Source: Gammaproteobacteria bacterium (GTDB taxonomy: Bacteria > Pseudomonadota > Gammaproteobacteria > SZUA-152). From it: a stretch of DNA of 64,000 nucleotides. The notes under the pieces are model-generated. The model saw only the letters and a list, made by a program, of their open reading frames with translations, was not told the origin of the DNA and made no database searches. Where the stretch lies: assembly GCA_050116575.1 (NCBI GenBank), contig JASFOJ010000001.1, forward strand, positions 43,811 to 107,810, in the 5' to 3' direction. This document shows, piece after piece, positions 11,586 to 22,509 of this stretch; within the stretch, counting starts at the first letter, position 1; the number at the start of each line of letters is the position of its first letter. The position numbers were made by a program, and so were the translations under genes.

Positions 11586-12233
11586 TTACCGGGCCTCGCC
11601 GGGATCGATTTTAAAATCCGTCCGGGGCTTGTGGGTTGGACCGAAATTGGTGGAGAAAAAGCAGGCCAGCGACTGGCGCATACCGTGTTGCACCGGCAGC
11701 ACTTCATGGGGAATATCTCCGCGGTTAAGCACCAGGGAATACTTTGGCAGGTTAACGGTATACTGTCCCCGCTCCGGATGGTAAAGCACGAATTCCCCCC
11801 CTTCAAAGGCATCGCTAAGCTGGAAGATGGCGGTGGCCAGGTAGTCCGGCGTGGTATCCCGGTCAATGTGGTGCCCGATAAAGTCCCCTACAAACAGGCG
11901 ATTAGCCTGGCAGCGGCGCACACATAGGGGCTGGGCACCGATAATTTGCCCAAAAAATCGCTGCATGGGATCGCTGAACAATACGTTTAAAAGTTGTTCG
12001 CTGCTGTCGTGCAGTAATTGCGGCCTGTCGACGTCATTAACGAAACGTCCCACCCACACCGAATGGGCATCACCGGTATCGCCGCCGACGATCCTGGCAT
12101 ATTCGATATCCCGAACGATAGCCTCAACAGAGCGCCATTGTTCGGTGGACAACGGGATTTCGTCGCGAAGGATGACAACCGCTCCATCGGCTTCGAATTG
12201 ATGAGCAAGTTGTTCAGTGGCTCGGGTTTGCAT
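11586..12233 (-). CDS. 2OG-Fe(II) oxygenase superfamily protein (PKHD/prolyl-hydroxylase-like), unknown substrate
   Basis: HxD...H facial-triad candidates (GHHIDRD ... HEVLPVQHG) and a jelly-roll-like C-terminal half. It interrupts the usually contiguous ndk-iscX junction. Confidence 0.5.
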   Translation of the reverse strand: MQTRATEQLAHQFEADGAVVILRDEIPLSTEQWRSVEAIVRDIEYARIVGGDTGDAHSVWVGRFVNDVDRPQLLHDSSEQLLNVLFSDPMQRFFGQIIGAQPLCVRRCQANRLFVGDFIGHHIDRDTTPDYLATAIFQLSDAFEGGEFVLYHPERGQYTVNLPKYSLVLNRGDIPHEVLPVQHGMRQSLACFFSTNFGPTHKPRTDFKIDPGEAR

Positions 12234-12432
12234 GTAAATAGATTAAATCACAATCGTCGATCACAATGTCAATGACAGACCGCCAAAAGCGACCGTCTAC
12301 GAAAAGCGCCTATTGTATCGCAAAGATGCATGGTGTGGTGGTTATTATGAATTCGGCAGCGGGATAGCTGAATAATTATTGCCTCAGATCAAAAGATCAG
12401 GGCGTTTGTCCATGATGGCAACACATCGAATC

Positions 12433-12633
12433 TCAGTCACGCTCCTCGATCCAGGCCATCTGTATGGCTTCGAGGATTTTCTCGCCACAGTGTTCGGGAT
12501 CATCGTCAAATTCATCAAGCTCCTGGCACCATTTCATCAAATCGGTGAAGCGCACTTTGCGCGGATCCACATCCGGATGCGCCTCATCCAGCGCAATGGC
12601 AATTTCCAGGCTATCGGTCCATTTTAATGACAT
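12433..12633 (-). CDS. iscX: Fe-S assembly protein IscX
   Basis: 66-aa acidic protein MSLKWTDSLEIAIALDEAHPDVDP..., located immediately downstream of fdx. Confidence 0.8.
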   Translation of the reverse strand: MSLKWTDSLEIAIALDEAHPDVDPRKVRFTDLMKWCQELDEFDDDPEHCGEKILEAIQMAWIEERD

Positions 12634-12657
12634 GGTCGCGTTCCTTTTCTCCCGTAG

Positions 12658-12996
12658 TTAATGATTCTCGGAAACCATATTGATAGTGTATTTGGGAATT
12701 TCAACCACCAGATCGACATCACCCACTGTGGCCTGGCAACTCAAGCGCGATTCGGGTTCCAACCCCCATGCCTTATCCAGTAGATCTTCTTCCTCTTCTT
12801 CGGCCTCATTAAGCGAATCGAAACCTTCACGCACAATAACATGACACGTGGTACAGGCGCAGGATTTCTCGCAGGCGTGTTCAATGGGGATACCATTTTG
12901 CAGCGCGGCGTCACAAATGGTGGTACCGGGTTGTGCCTCGATCACCGCGCCTTCCGGACAAATTTCCTCGTGAGGTAAAAAAATCAATTGGGTCAT
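12658..12996 (-). CDS. fdx: [2Fe-2S] ferredoxin of the isc operon
   Basis: Cys ligands in ...ACEKSCACTTCHV..., 112 aa, between hscA and iscX. Confidence 0.85.
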   Translation of the reverse strand: MTQLIFLPHEEICPEGAVIEAQPGTTICDAALQNGIPIEHACEKSCACTTCHVIVREGFDSLNEAEEEEEDLLDKAWGLEPESRLSCQATVGDVDLVVEIPKYTINMVSENH

Positions 12997-13045
12997 TCTA
13001 TATCCGCTATGTAAACAACTAGTTTATGGTATCAGCCATCTCAGA

Positions 13046-14923
13046 TCAGGTATTAAAGTCATCGACCTTGTGGCCGGCCATGGCGGACTGGATGCTTTCA
13101 TTCATACGCCGGGCGGCAAACTCGGTACTGACCTGGTTCAAATCCTCGATGGCATTTTTAATGGCAAGGTGGTCCGTACCCTGGGCAACATCTTTGAGCA
13201 GCTGCAATTTCTCCTGCAGTTGTTCCCGTTCCGTTTGCGAGAGCAAGCGTTCACCGTCTTTTGCCAGTGCGCCATCAAGCGCCAAAATCACCCGTTCGGC
13301 TTCGATTTGTTGTTCACGCAAAGCCCGCGCGGCAACATCCTGCTGCGCATGGGACATGGAATCTTTCAGCATGGTTTCAATTTCGGTGTCCGACAAACCG
13401 TAGGAGGGTTTAACCTGGATACTACTTTCCACGCCGGTGGTTTGCTCCCTCGCGCTCACGGACAACAAGCCATCGGCATCAACCTGAAAGGTCACCCGAA
13501 TCCGCGCCGCTCCCGCCACCATGGGCGGAATACCGTGAAGTTCGAAACGCGCCAACGAACGGCAATCCGACACCAATTCCCGTTCCCCCTGCACCACGTG
13601 AATAGACATGGCGGTCTGGCCGTCCTTGAAGGTGGTAAATTCCTGGGCCCGGGCCACCGGTATGGTGGTATTGCGGGGAATAACTTTTTCCGCCAGCCCG
13701 CCCATGGTTTCAATACCCAGCGACAGGGGAATAACATCGAGCAACAGCACCTCGTCTTCGGCCTTGTTGCCCGCCAGCACGTCAGCCTGAATGGCCGCGC
13801 CGATGGCAACCACTTTGTCCGGGTCTATATCCACCAGGGGTTCGCATTGAAAAAAATCGCGGACTTTGTCCCTCACCCGCGGCACCCGGGTGGATCCACC
13901 CACCATAACCACGTCTTCAATGTCCGCCGCGCTGATGCCAGCGTCACGCAATGCCCGTTTACAGGGCAACAGGGTTTTGTCGATCAGCGGATCAATCAAT
14001 TCATTGAACGTTGCCCGGCTCAGTTCACCGCGCCACTGCAAACCGGCACCGTCGTCGATGACGATTTCGGTACTGTCGGCCCGTGTTAACGCTTCCTTGG
14101 CAGCACAGGCTTTATCCAGGAGCTGGCGCGCCAGCGACTGATTACGGTTATCGTCGATACCGGCCTGCCGCTTGATCCAGCCGGCAATCACCAGGTCAAA
14201 ATCATCCCCACCCAGGGAAGCATTACCCGCGGTGGACATGACCTCGAACACGCCCCGGTTCAGGCGCAACACCGATACGTCGAACGTACCACCGCCCAGG
14301 TCATACACCACATGCACACCTTCGGCCTTTTTATCCAGGCCATAGGCAACCGCCGCGGCGGTGGGTTCGTTCAACAGGCGCAGCACGTTGAGATCCGCCA
14401 GTTTGGCGGCATCCTTGGTGGCCTGGCGTTGGGCGTCATCAAAGTAGGCGGGCACCGTAATTACCACGCCGGTCAGTTCCCCACCCAGCGCCTGTTGCGC
14501 GCGCGACTTTAATTGTTTGAGAATCTCGGCAGATACTTCCACGGCACTTACCGGGCCGGCAACGGTCTTGATGCGCGGCACTGACGAATCCGTGGCTTCA
14601 AAATTATATTGCACGTCGCCGCTGCTGACCTGAATGTCATCAACGCCGCGGCCCATAAACCGCTTAACAGAACTGATGGTATTAAATGGATCCTGGCTGG
14701 CGCCGGTTTTGGCGGCACGGCCAACCATCGGCTCGCCTTGCTCCAGGTAACGAACCACGGATGGCAGCAGGTAATCCCCGTTCTCATCCTCCAGCGTTAC
14801 CGCTTTGCCGCTGCGTACCGTGGCCACCAGTGAATTGGTAGTCCCTAAATCGATACCCGCCGCCAGGCGGTGCTGATGGGGTGAGGCGGATTTACCCGGT
14901 TCACTGATTTGTAACAGAGCCAT
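13046..14923 (-). CDS. hscA: Fe-S cluster chaperone HscA (Hsp70-type)
   Basis: [12 protein letters not shown] Hsp70 N-terminal motif, 625 aa, in isc operon context. Confidence 0.9.
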   Translation of the reverse strand: MALLQISEPGKSASPHQHRLAAGIDLGTTNSLVATVRSGKAVTLEDENGDYLLPSVVRYLEQGEPMVGRAAKTGASQDPFNTISSVKRFMGRGVDDIQVSSGDVQYNFEATDSSVPRIKTVAGPVSAVEVSAEILKQLKSRAQQALGGELTGVVITVPAYFDDAQRQATKDAAKLADLNVLRLLNEPTAAAVAYGLDKKAEGVHVVYDLGGGTFDVSVLRLNRGVFEVMSTAGNASLGGDDFDLVIAGWIKRQAGIDDNRNQSLARQLLDKACAAKEALTRADSTEIVIDDGAGLQWRGELSRATFNELIDPLIDKTLLPCKRALRDAGISAADIEDVVMVGGSTRVPRVRDKVRDFFQCEPLVDIDPDKVVAIGAAIQADVLAGNKAEDEVLLLDVIPLSLGIETMGGLAEKVIPRNTTIPVARAQEFTTFKDGQTAMSIHVVQGERELVSDCRSLARFELHGIPPMVAGAARIRVTFQVDADGLLSVSAREQTTGVESSIQVKPSYGLSDTEIETMLKDSMSHAQQDVAARALREQQIEAERVILALDGALAKDGERLLSQTEREQLQEKLQLLKDVAQGTDHLAIKNAIEDLNQVSTEFAARRMNESIQSAMAGHKVDDFNT

Positions 14924-15118
14924 GCGTTTGTATTTTGAAAAACTTATTTACGAGAAAATTAAATCCGAACCCTCATTGGAGGGGCGTGTTGTTATACGTA
15001 TCCGCAATTTTATACGATTATACGGTTTACGGCTATGCCCGGGATCCGGCAACAAAGGTTTACGGCCTTCATTCAACTGTACCGCATAGCATATATCTGC
15101 TGTTTGCAGCCACGGCAG

Positions 15119-15670
15119 TTATAAGATCTGCTCTTCCAGCGATTCCACTTCCTGGCGCAGCTTAACCAGAAATTGCATACGCCGCACGTAGTCGCTGACC
15201 TGTTGCGGCGCCTGATCATCTTCGTTGGCGAACAGAGTGGATATCGCCGCATTATATTCATCGAGCGCGCGTTCGATCTCGTGGGATACATCCATCAGTA
15301 TGGCGGTATCATTATTGGTACGTACCTGTTCCAGTTCTTCCCGTAACTGCATTTGTTGCATCAGAAATTCCGAATCCATGGACGTACCGGCATCCGCGGA
15401 CAAATCGACACCTCTGCGTTTAAGCATATATGTCGCGCGTTCAAGGGGATTTTTTAATGTCTGGTAGGCCTCATTAATAAGTGCCGACTGTTGGACGGAC
15501 AACCGGCGTTCCTGGGCCGACGCGCTGGCGAACTTGTCGGGGTGCACCGCGTTTTGAAGATCGCGATAGCGGCTGGACAAATCAGCCAGATCAAGGTCAT
15601 AGGATTCCTGCAAACCGAACAAACTAAAATAATCCTGTGTTAAATCTGCCGTAACCAAAGTAGACTCCAT
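15119..15670 (-). CDS. hscB: co-chaperone HscB (J-domain)
   Basis: J-domain HPD motif (VHPDKF). The probable start is MESTL... at 15670; the longer ORF extends to 15718. Confidence 0.8.
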   Translation of the reverse strand: MESTLVTADLTQDYFSLFGLQESYDLDLADLSSRYRDLQNAVHPDKFASASAQERRLSVQQSALINEAYQTLKNPLERATYMLKRRGVDLSADAGTSMDSEFLMQQMQLREELEQVRTNNDTAILMDVSHEIERALDEYNAAISTLFANEDDQAPQQVSDYVRRMQFLVKLRQEVESLEEQIL

Positions 15671-15951
15671 TATCGAATTATTTCGCCAGCGCCCCAGGGC
15701 TGCGTCCGGTAACAACACAATTGTTTGCTCATAGTGGCAGTATGTCAGGACAGACAGAGTGAATAAAATTTATTGACCTGCACTAATTTGTTGTAATTTT
15801 ATCAAACGAAACGCATTCAACGGTTCCGGTCAGGCATCATTACCGTTAGCAGTTGGCGTTAGTACAAAGCGGTCGTGTTAAATGTTAGTGTCAAACGTTG
15901 GTGATTAGCGCCAATTGTTGCAGCCGTTACAGTGTAGCGCTGTGGAAAATA

Positions 15952-16275
15952 TCAGACAGTAAAACTTTCACCACAACCACATTCACCCTTGACGTTGGGA
16001 TTGTTGAATTTGAAGCCTTCATTCAGCCCTTCGCGTGTATAGTCCAGTTCGGTCCCATCCAGATATACCAGGCTTTTGGGATCGATAACCACCTTGACGC
16101 CGCGGTCTTCAAACACCGTGTCATCGGGATTGATTTCATCGGCGAATTCCAGGACATAAGCCATCCCCGAACAGCCTGTGGTCTTAACGCCCAAACGCAA
16201 ACCTACGCCTTTACCCCGGTTATCCAGGAAATCCTGCACGTGTTTTGCAGCGGCTTCTGTTAACGATATACTCAT
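15952..16275 (-). CDS. iscA: Fe-S scaffold/carrier IscA
   Basis: 107 aa with GCSGMAY ... CGCGESF Cys motifs. Confidence 0.85.
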   Translation of the reverse strand: MSISLTEAAAKHVQDFLDNRGKGVGLRLGVKTTGCSGMAYVLEFADEINPDDTVFEDRGVKVVIDPKSLVYLDGTELDYTREGLNEGFKFNNPNVKGECGCGESFTV

Positions 16276-16351
16276 GATTTACAACTTCTCTTTGTCTCAC
16301 CAATCTATTAATACTTCTAATACTTCATAGTCAGTCTGGTACGACCGGTTA

Positions 16352-16735
16352 TCAATCCTGTTGCTTGGCCTTGTAGTTTTCAATGGCGGACTTAATGGCG
16401 TCCTCCGCCAGTACCGAACAATGGACCTTAACCGGCGGCAATGCCAGTTCTTCGGCAATTTGTGAATTGCGGATCTCGGCGGCCTGCTCCAGGGTTTTAC
16501 CTTTCACCCACTCGGTCAACAGCGAACTGGAGGCGATCGCCGAACCACAACCGTAGGTCTTGAAACACGCCTGCTCGATGACGCCGTTGTCATCCACCTT
16601 GATTTGCAGGCGCATGACATCACCGCAGGCCGGCGCGCCCACCATGCCGGTACCCACAGACGCATCGTCTTTATCCAGGGTGCCCACATTGCGTGGATTA
16701 TTGTAGTGGTCCAATACCTTGTCGCTGTAAGCCAT
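16352..16735 (-). CDS. iscU: Fe-S cluster scaffold IscU
   Basis: MAYSDKVLDHYNNPRNVG... GAPACGDVMRLQ and the LPPVKVHCSVLA motif. Confidence 0.9.
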   Translation of the reverse strand: MAYSDKVLDHYNNPRNVGTLDKDDASVGTGMVGAPACGDVMRLQIKVDDNGVIEQACFKTYGCGSAIASSSLLTEWVKGKTLEQAAEIRNSQIAEELALPPVKVHCSVLAEDAIKSAIENYKAKQQD

Positions 16736-16764
16736 AACGTTCAAATACCTTCAATAACAACTTC

Positions 16765-16797
16765 GATAACTTTGAGATAACTTTGAGATAACTTTGA
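16765..16797. repeat. perfect 11-bp x3 tandem repeat (GATAACTTTGA) in iscS-iscU spacer
   Basis: Read directly: gataactttga gataactttga gataactttga. Confidence 0.8.
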
Positions 16798-16918
16798 TTA
16801 ATTTAACGCTATCACTGAGATAGCTTTTAATTCTATCTTTCTCTGACTTTCGAAAACTCTTTTATATATTATTAGACAATGATTCCGCAGCTTTGATTCG
16901 CCACCGTAACCTTTAATC

Positions 16919-18133
16919 CTAGTGTTCCGCCCATTGTACCTTTGACAAATCAACGCCTTCTTTATACATATCCCACAGTGGAGAAAGTTCGCGCAACTTG
17001 GCAATGGCCTTGTGCACCAGATCGATGGCGTAGTCGATATTCTCGTCTGTTGTAAACCGGCCGATACTGAAACGAATGGAACTGTGCGCCAGTTCATCGT
17101 TGCGACCCAGGGCGCGCAGAACGTAGGAAGGCTCCAGACTGGACGATGTACACGCCGAACCGGACGATACCGCGATTCCCTTCAATGCCATGATCAGGGA
17201 TTCGCCTTCCACAAAGTTGAAACTGATATTTAAAATATTCGGCACCTGATGCTCAAGATCACCATTCAGGTACACTTCTTCGATATCCTGGAGACTGTTA
17301 TAGAGCTTGTCGCGCAATTGTGTAATACGGCGGTTGTCGTCCTGCATTTGCTCTTTGGCAATACGGAACGCTTCGCCCATGCCGACAATCTGGTGGGTTG
17401 GCAGCGTGCCGGAACGCATGCCGCGTTCATGGCCACCACCGTGCATCTGCGCTTCCAGCCGCACACGGGGCTTGCGCCGTACATACAAAGCACCAATACC
17501 CTTGGGACCGTAAATCTTATGGCCCGAAAAGGACATCAGGTCCACTTTCATGGCCTCCAAATCGATAGGCACCTTGCCGGCGCTTTGGGCGGCATCAACG
17601 TGAAAAATAATACCCTTTTCCCGGGTGATATCACCAATGGCGGCAATATCCTGGATAACACCGATTTCATTGTTCACGTGCATGATGGATACCACAATGG
17701 TGTCATCACGTAATGCCGCTTTCAGTTTGTTCAGATCAATCCGTCCGTTAGGTTCCGTATCCAGATAGGTCACTTCAAAACCTTCCCGTTCCAATTGACG
17801 GCAGGTATCCAAAACCGCTTTGTGCTCGGTTTTGCTCGTGACAATATGCTTGCCCTTTTTCTGGTAAAAATGCGCAGCGCCTTTAATCGCAAGGTTGTCC
17901 GATTCTGTCGCCCCGGAGGTAAAAATAATCTCCTTCGAATTGGCGTTGACCAGATCTGCAATTTGCTGGCGGGCATTTTCCACGGCTTCTTCCGCATGCC
18001 AGCCAAAAGCATGGGAACGCGATGCCGGATTACCAAACTCACCCTCTGGGGTTAGAAACTGCATCATCTTTTCCGCCACCCGCGGATCAACCGGTGTGGT
18101 TGCGGCATAGTCCATATAAATGGGATGACTCAT
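16919..18133 (-). CDS. iscS: cysteine desulfurase IscS
   Basis: [13 protein letters not shown]..., a PLP-lysine region, and the active-site SSGSACTS motif. Confidence 0.9.
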   Translation of the reverse strand: MSHPIYMDYAATTPVDPRVAEKMMQFLTPEGEFGNPASRSHAFGWHAEEAVENARQQIADLVNANSKEIIFTSGATESDNLAIKGAAHFYQKKGKHIVTSKTEHKAVLDTCRQLEREGFEVTYLDTEPNGRIDLNKLKAALRDDTIVVSIMHVNNEIGVIQDIAAIGDITREKGIIFHVDAAQSAGKVPIDLEAMKVDLMSFSGHKIYGPKGIGALYVRRKPRVRLEAQMHGGGHERGMRSGTLPTHQIVGMGEAFRIAKEQMQDDNRRITQLRDKLYNSLQDIEEVYLNGDLEHQVPNILNISFNFVEGESLIMALKGIAVSSGSACTSSSLEPSYVLRALGRNDELAHSSIRFSIGRFTTDENIDYAIDLVHKAIAKLRELSPLWDMYKEGVDLSKVQWAEH

Positions 18134-18433
18134 TACTGCTTATGCTCCGCTCGTTTGTTGTGTTTTTAACTGTATTCGTATTCAACTGAAATACGCATTA
18201 AATTAAATAAGTGCGTTTTCTTTCAGTTGGTGCCTAATATTACCGAACCACATCCGGCTGGCGCCTGCCCTCGCACAATCGCGGGGCAAACAAGTGCCCC
18301 ACACCATCATTCGCTAGCTATAGCACTATAAATAAGGGCAAACTCGCCAATATTAAAGCCACACATTAATATGGCAGACTTAATCGTTTATTAAGTTTTC
18401 ATTCATGCCGCGGGTTGCACGGCACGGGCGGCG

Positions 18434-18907
18434 TCACTGGACGACGATCGAAGAACGGCTTTCCTGTTCCTGCCTCTCATCCTGACGTGCCGCGACGTTT
18501 TGAACGTTACGCTTTTCAACCAATTGCCCCAGGCTGATGCCATTGAGGAAGTCGTAAAGCTGTTCGCTGAGGTCCGTCCACAGTTGATGCGTTAAACATT
18601 CTTCGCCGTTTTGACAGTTGCCCTGTCCACCGCAACGGGTCGCGTCCACCTTTTCGTCCACCGCCGCAATAACTTCCGCCACGTTGATTTGGGTGGCCTC
18701 GCGACTTAAGCGGTAACCACCGCCGGGACCGCGGGCACTGGCGACCAGATCGCGTTTCCGAAGCTTTGAAAACAATTGTTCCAGATAGGAGAGCGAAATG
18801 CCTTGCCGTTGTGATATATCCGCCAGTGTAATAGGGCCTTTGGTGGCGTGAACCGCAAGATCTAACATTGCTGTAACCGCGTAGCGGCCTTTCGTTGTCA
18901 GTCTCAT
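18434..18907 (-). CDS. iscR: Fe-S cluster regulator IscR (Rrf2 family)
   Basis: [18 protein letters not shown]..., HTH, and three clustered Cys in ...[13 protein letters not shown]. Confidence 0.85.
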   Translation of the reverse strand: MRLTTKGRYAVTAMLDLAVHATKGPITLADISQRQGISLSYLEQLFSKLRKRDLVASARGPGGGYRLSREATQINVAEVIAAVDEKVDATRCGGQGNCQNGEECLTHQLWTDLSEQLYDFLNGISLGQLVEKRNVQNVAARQDERQEQESRSSIVVQ

Positions 18908-19022
18908 AGCATAACCCTTTGATTAAATTAAATAAACAGCAGATTTCGCAAGATATACAGAATCCACCGCCGTTTTGTGTATTTACAGAATATCCCTTAA
19001 CAAAATACTGTTAATAGTATTG

Positions 19023-19093
19023 ATATCCCGACCAATTTTGTCAAGTATTGATAACCCTAGTATGTATATCCTGACTATTTTTGTCAAGTATTA
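19023..19093. promoter_or_regulatory. two tandem IscR type-1-like boxes upstream of iscR
   Basis: atatcccgaccaattttgtcaagtattg and atatcctgactatttttgtcaagtatta resemble the E. coli iscR-promoter sites (ATAsyyGACTrwwwyAGTCrrsTAT). They lie 117-185 bp upstream of the iscR start. Confidence 0.4.
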
Positions 19094-19899
19094 GGCGGCT
19101 TCGAACGGTCATCCGGTTGTGTAGTTTCATCCAGTTTCTCCTCTGCCAGGGGACCGATCTCGCAGGGGCCAAGTTCAGGCAGATCGATCTCCTTAAATTC
19201 CACGTTCAGGCTTTTAAGGGCCGCGCACATTTTTTCCACTCGCTCATCAAGGGCATGGGAGTGGTCCAGAATACAATTGATGGCATGGGCGACGGGGTCC
19301 GGCGCATCACGGGTGACGCCATAAGCGTCGAAACCCATTTTCTCCGCCATGGCATGGCGTTGTTTTTCCCGTTCTTCCGATTGCGAAGGAACACTGACCG
19401 CACGCCCCGGTACACCAACCACGGTCGCCGCTGCCGGTACGTCTTTGACCACAACCGCATTGGACCCGATGCGTGCCCCATCGCCGATCTTAATGGGACC
19501 GAGGACCTTGGCCCCGGCACCCACCACCACGTCGTTACCCAGGGTGGGATGGCGTTTGCCTTTTTGCCAGCTGGTCCCCCCCAGCGTCACGCCATGATAA
19601 AGCGTACAGTCGTCACCGATTTCGGCGGTTTCACCGATAACTACCCCCATGCCATGATCGATAAAAAACCGCCGCCCGATTACCGCACCAGGATGAATTT
19701 CGATACCGGTAATCCAACGAGCGAGAGTGGACAGAAAACGCGCCAGCCATTTTAACCCGGCATTCCAGAGTTTATGACTGAACCGGTGCACCAGTACCGC
19801 GTGCACACCGGGATAGGTACTTAATACTTCAAAAAACGTCCGTGCAGCGGGATCGCGGTCAAAAACACACTCGACGTCTTCTTTTAAATGATCAAACAT
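19084..19899 (-). CDS. cysE: serine O-acetyltransferase
   Basis: N-terminal SATase helical domain ([11 protein letters not shown]...) and hexapeptide-repeat C-terminal domain. Confidence 0.85.
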   Translation of the reverse strand: MFDHLKEDVECVFDRDPAARTFFEVLSTYPGVHAVLVHRFSHKLWNAGLKWLARFLSTLARWITGIEIHPGAVIGRRFFIDHGMGVVIGETAEIGDDCTLYHGVTLGGTSWQKGKRHPTLGNDVVVGAGAKVLGPIKIGDGARIGSNAVVVKDVPAAATVVGVPGRAVSVPSQSEEREKQRHAMAEKMGFDAYGVTRDAPDPVAHAINCILDHSHALDERVEKMCAALKSLNVEFKEIDLPELGPCEIGPLAEEKLDETTQPDDRSKPPNT

Positions 19900-20017
19900 G
19901 AATTTCCCTGTGGTTTACATTGGCAGTAGCCCTGACAAACAGTATAACCCTATTAATACATTCCGTTTTTCGCTTTCTGTGCCGGTTGCGGTTTGTGCGC
20001 CCTGCGAGACGGCGGCA

Positions 20018-20797
20018 TCAGCCACGATACTGTTTCTGAATAGTGGTCAATATGCCGCGCAGGATATTCAGTTCCACGCGATCGGGCCGGGCCCGATTAA
20101 ACAGGCGGCGCAGGCGGCGTAGCATTTTTCGGGGATGTTCAGTCTGCAAAAATCCGATGTCGGCCAGTGTCTCGTTTAAATGCTGGTAAAAACGTTCCAT
20201 GTCTTCGGCATCGGCGAACGGTTCACCGTCCAGGGACAGCCCCGGTTCCGCCACCGGGGCTGGCGCTGAGGTATGTGTATCCCGTTGGTCCTGCTGCAAA
20301 TACCAGTACTGGTGGATTTCATAGGCAATGATCTGCGCCGCAGCGGCAATATTCAGGGAGCTATACGCCGGGTTACTGGGTATCCATAGCAGATAGTGAC
20401 AACGTTCCAGCTCATCGTTGGTAAGACCGGAATGTTCTCGGCCAAACACCACGGCAATCCGGCTATTGGAAGGCTGGGCATAGAGCTGTTGCACAAACTC
20501 CCGCGGTTCCACCAGGGGCCACGACAACCGTCGCAACCGTGCGCTGGCACCGAATACCAGATCACAGCCCGCCAATGCCTCCTCCAGGGTGTCGCAAACC
20601 CGCGCGTTGGCGAGCACGTCATCGGCGCCCGATGCCCTGGCGGTGGCCTGCGAATCGGGAAAATGCACCGGATCCACCAGTACCAATTGATCCAGGCGCA
20701 TGTTTTTCATGGCTCGCGACACCGCCCCGATATTTCCAGGGTGAGAGGTATTGACCATGACGAAACGGATGTTGGGTATTGGCAGTGTTGTTGTCAT
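20018..20797 (-). CDS. trmJ: tRNA (cytidine/uridine-2'-O)-methyltransferase TrmJ (SpoU class)
   Basis: NIRFVMVNTSHPGNIGAVSRAMKNM aligns with the E. coli TrmJ N-terminus. The likely start is MTTTLPIP at 20797; the longer ORF runs to 20848. Confidence 0.75.
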   Translation of the reverse strand: MTTTLPIPNIRFVMVNTSHPGNIGAVSRAMKNMRLDQLVLVDPVHFPDSQATARASGADDVLANARVCDTLEEALAGCDLVFGASARLRRLSWPLVEPREFVQQLYAQPSNSRIAVVFGREHSGLTNDELERCHYLLWIPSNPAYSSLNIAAAAQIIAYEIHQYWYLQQDQRDTHTSAPAPVAEPGLSLDGEPFADAEDMERFYQHLNETLADIGFLQTEHPRKMLRRLRRLFNRARPDRVELNILRGILTTIQKQYRG

Positions 20798-21063
20798 TGT
20801 TACTCGACGAGTTGCTCTATATCCCGTCATCGGGATGGCGGCGCGCAATGGATTTGTTTTATCGATATACGTTGCATGGATACTGTTTCATGGATACTCA
20901 TGAATACTTAAGCCAGGCCCTATTTCAGCCAAATCGGAGCCAGACACGAAACCCGTTGCTTGCGGCGCGGGTTTATTCGCATTTTTTCAGTAAATTTGCT
21001 ACATTGCACGCGCACATTGTAACCGAATCCCTGATCTTTCATAAGCTAAACAGTAGCGAATCC

Positions 21064-21861
21064 ATGCATCCCATACTCAACATTGCAGTAAGGGCGGCCC
21101 GCAATGCGGGTAATATCGTAGTCCGCGCCATGGACCATATCGATCGCCTCAATATTAAAACCAAATCCGAAAACGATTTCGTCACCGAAGTCGATAAAGC
21201 CGCGGAACAGGAAATTATCCGCACCATTCGCAAAGCCTATCCCGATCACGCCATCATGGCCGAAGAAAGCGGCACCCAGGAAGGAAATGACTATTTGTGG
21301 ATTATTGATCCGCTTGATGGTACTACCAATTATCTGCACGGTTTTCCACAGTTTGCCATTTCCATCGCCCTGCAACACAAACAGGTGCTGGAGCAGGCCG
21401 TGGTTTACGATCCGTTGCGGCAGGAGCTGTTCACCGCTTCCCGTGGCCGCGGCGCACAGCTTAATGATCGCCGTATCCGCGTGACGTCGCGGTCCAGTCT
21501 GGACGGCGCCCTGCTCGGCACGGGCTTCCCGTTTAAACAACAGCAGCATCTGGATGCCTATCTCGAAACCTTCAAGGCGCTGTTTCCCATGACGGCCGGC
21601 ATTCGCCGGGCAGGTGCCGCCGCCCTCGACCTTGCCTATGTGGCTTGCGGCCGGCTGGATGGTTTCTGGGAGCTGGGACTGAAGCCCTGGGACATAGCGG
21701 CGGGGGTGTTATTGATTGAAGAGGCTGGCGGTTTCGTCAACGATTTTGCCGGCGAAAAAAATTACCTGCAAACCGGCAATCTGGTAGCCGCCAATCCCCG
21801 TCTATTAAAACCAATGCTTGCCAAGATCCAGCCCCATTTGACGCCGGATTTAGCAAAATAA
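21064..21861 (+). CDS. suhB: inositol monophosphatase family protein SuhB
   Basis: MHPILNIAVRAARNAG..., motifs EESG, WIIDPLDGT and WDIAAG. It is divergent from trmJ as in E. coli. Confidence 0.85.
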   Translation: MHPILNIAVRAARNAGNIVVRAMDHIDRLNIKTKSENDFVTEVDKAAEQEIIRTIRKAYPDHAIMAEESGTQEGNDYLWIIDPLDGTTNYLHGFPQFAISIALQHKQVLEQAVVYDPLRQELFTASRGRGAQLNDRRIRVTSRSSLDGALLGTGFPFKQQQHLDAYLETFKALFPMTAGIRRAGAAALDLAYVACGRLDGFWELGLKPWDIAAGVLLIEEAGGFVNDFAGEKNYLQTGNLVAANPRLLKPMLAKIQPHLTPDLAK

Positions 21862-21950
21862 TAGATATATCAATAAGTTAGTATCGCTTAAGAAATCAGC
21901 AACCGGGCCGATCCTTAGAGATAGGTCGTTACGGTGTTGGTGGTGAGATT

Positions 21951-22226
21951 ATGTCACGAAGTCGAAAAAATTTATCGGATAATAAGAAATCGCTGGAAGT
22001 TAAAATGAGCGACAGTCTGTCAAATCTCAAACAATTCAGTTTACAAATGACAGAAAACATCGACTTTAACAGTTTTGACGTGTTATCCGTGACCCGGGTT
22101 GATGAGGAGCAGTCCTATACCCGCTACTTTAGTCACCGCAAAGTCGATACCCAGGGTTGGCGCATCGCCGCCGACGCTCTGCGGCGCTTCATGCCGTTGT
22201 TTTTTCGTCGCTATAAACTCAATTAG
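21951..22226 (+). CDS. hypothetical small protein (91 aa)
   Basis: ORF with a plausible RBS (GGTGAG before the ATG at 21951, or GGAAG before the internal ATG at 22005). No recognisable family. Confidence 0.3.
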   Translation: MSRSRKNLSDNKKSLEVKMSDSLSNLKQFSLQMTENIDFNSFDVLSVTRVDEEQSYTRYFSHRKVDTQGWRIAADALRRFMPLFFRRYKLN

Positions 22227-22509
22227 CCCATATCTGGCACAGTCCGCCACCGACCTTCCACCCCGTCTTGTTCGTCTCCGCACGTAGCCGTCCTTGCAAA
22301 GGCCGGTTGATGTTCCTTTGCAACGAAATTTTGGTACACTGCGATAAGGCGTTTTGCACAAAATTCCCGCATTGCCGCGGTCTTCTCACACACGGTCAAC
22401 ACCGCGGACCATGATGTAACGTCATGACAGGCGCGCTAGCGCGCCGCCGGCAATGTTTAACAGCCCAAAAGCCGAGCCCTTATAAAATCTTGAACATAGA
22501 GTAGTAGTT

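Noticed and set aside
13070-14089. 339-aa plus-strand ORF
   Set aside because: It lies entirely antisense within hscA, which has unmistakable Hsp70 motifs. The translation is low-complexity (G/H/R-rich), typical of an antisense shadow ORF in GC-biased codons.
16798-17097. 99-aa minus-strand ORF overlapping the 3' end of iscS
   Set aside because: It overlaps the well-supported iscS reading frame in another frame and mostly covers the iscS-iscU spacer; it has no conserved motifs.
19081-19755. 224-aa plus-strand ORF
   Set aside because: Antisense to cysE, which shows clear serine-acetyltransferase hexapeptide repeats. The shadow ORF has no RBS or family signal.
21046-21549. 167-aa minus-strand ORF
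   Set aside because: Antisense within suhB, which has clear inositol-monophosphatase motifs.
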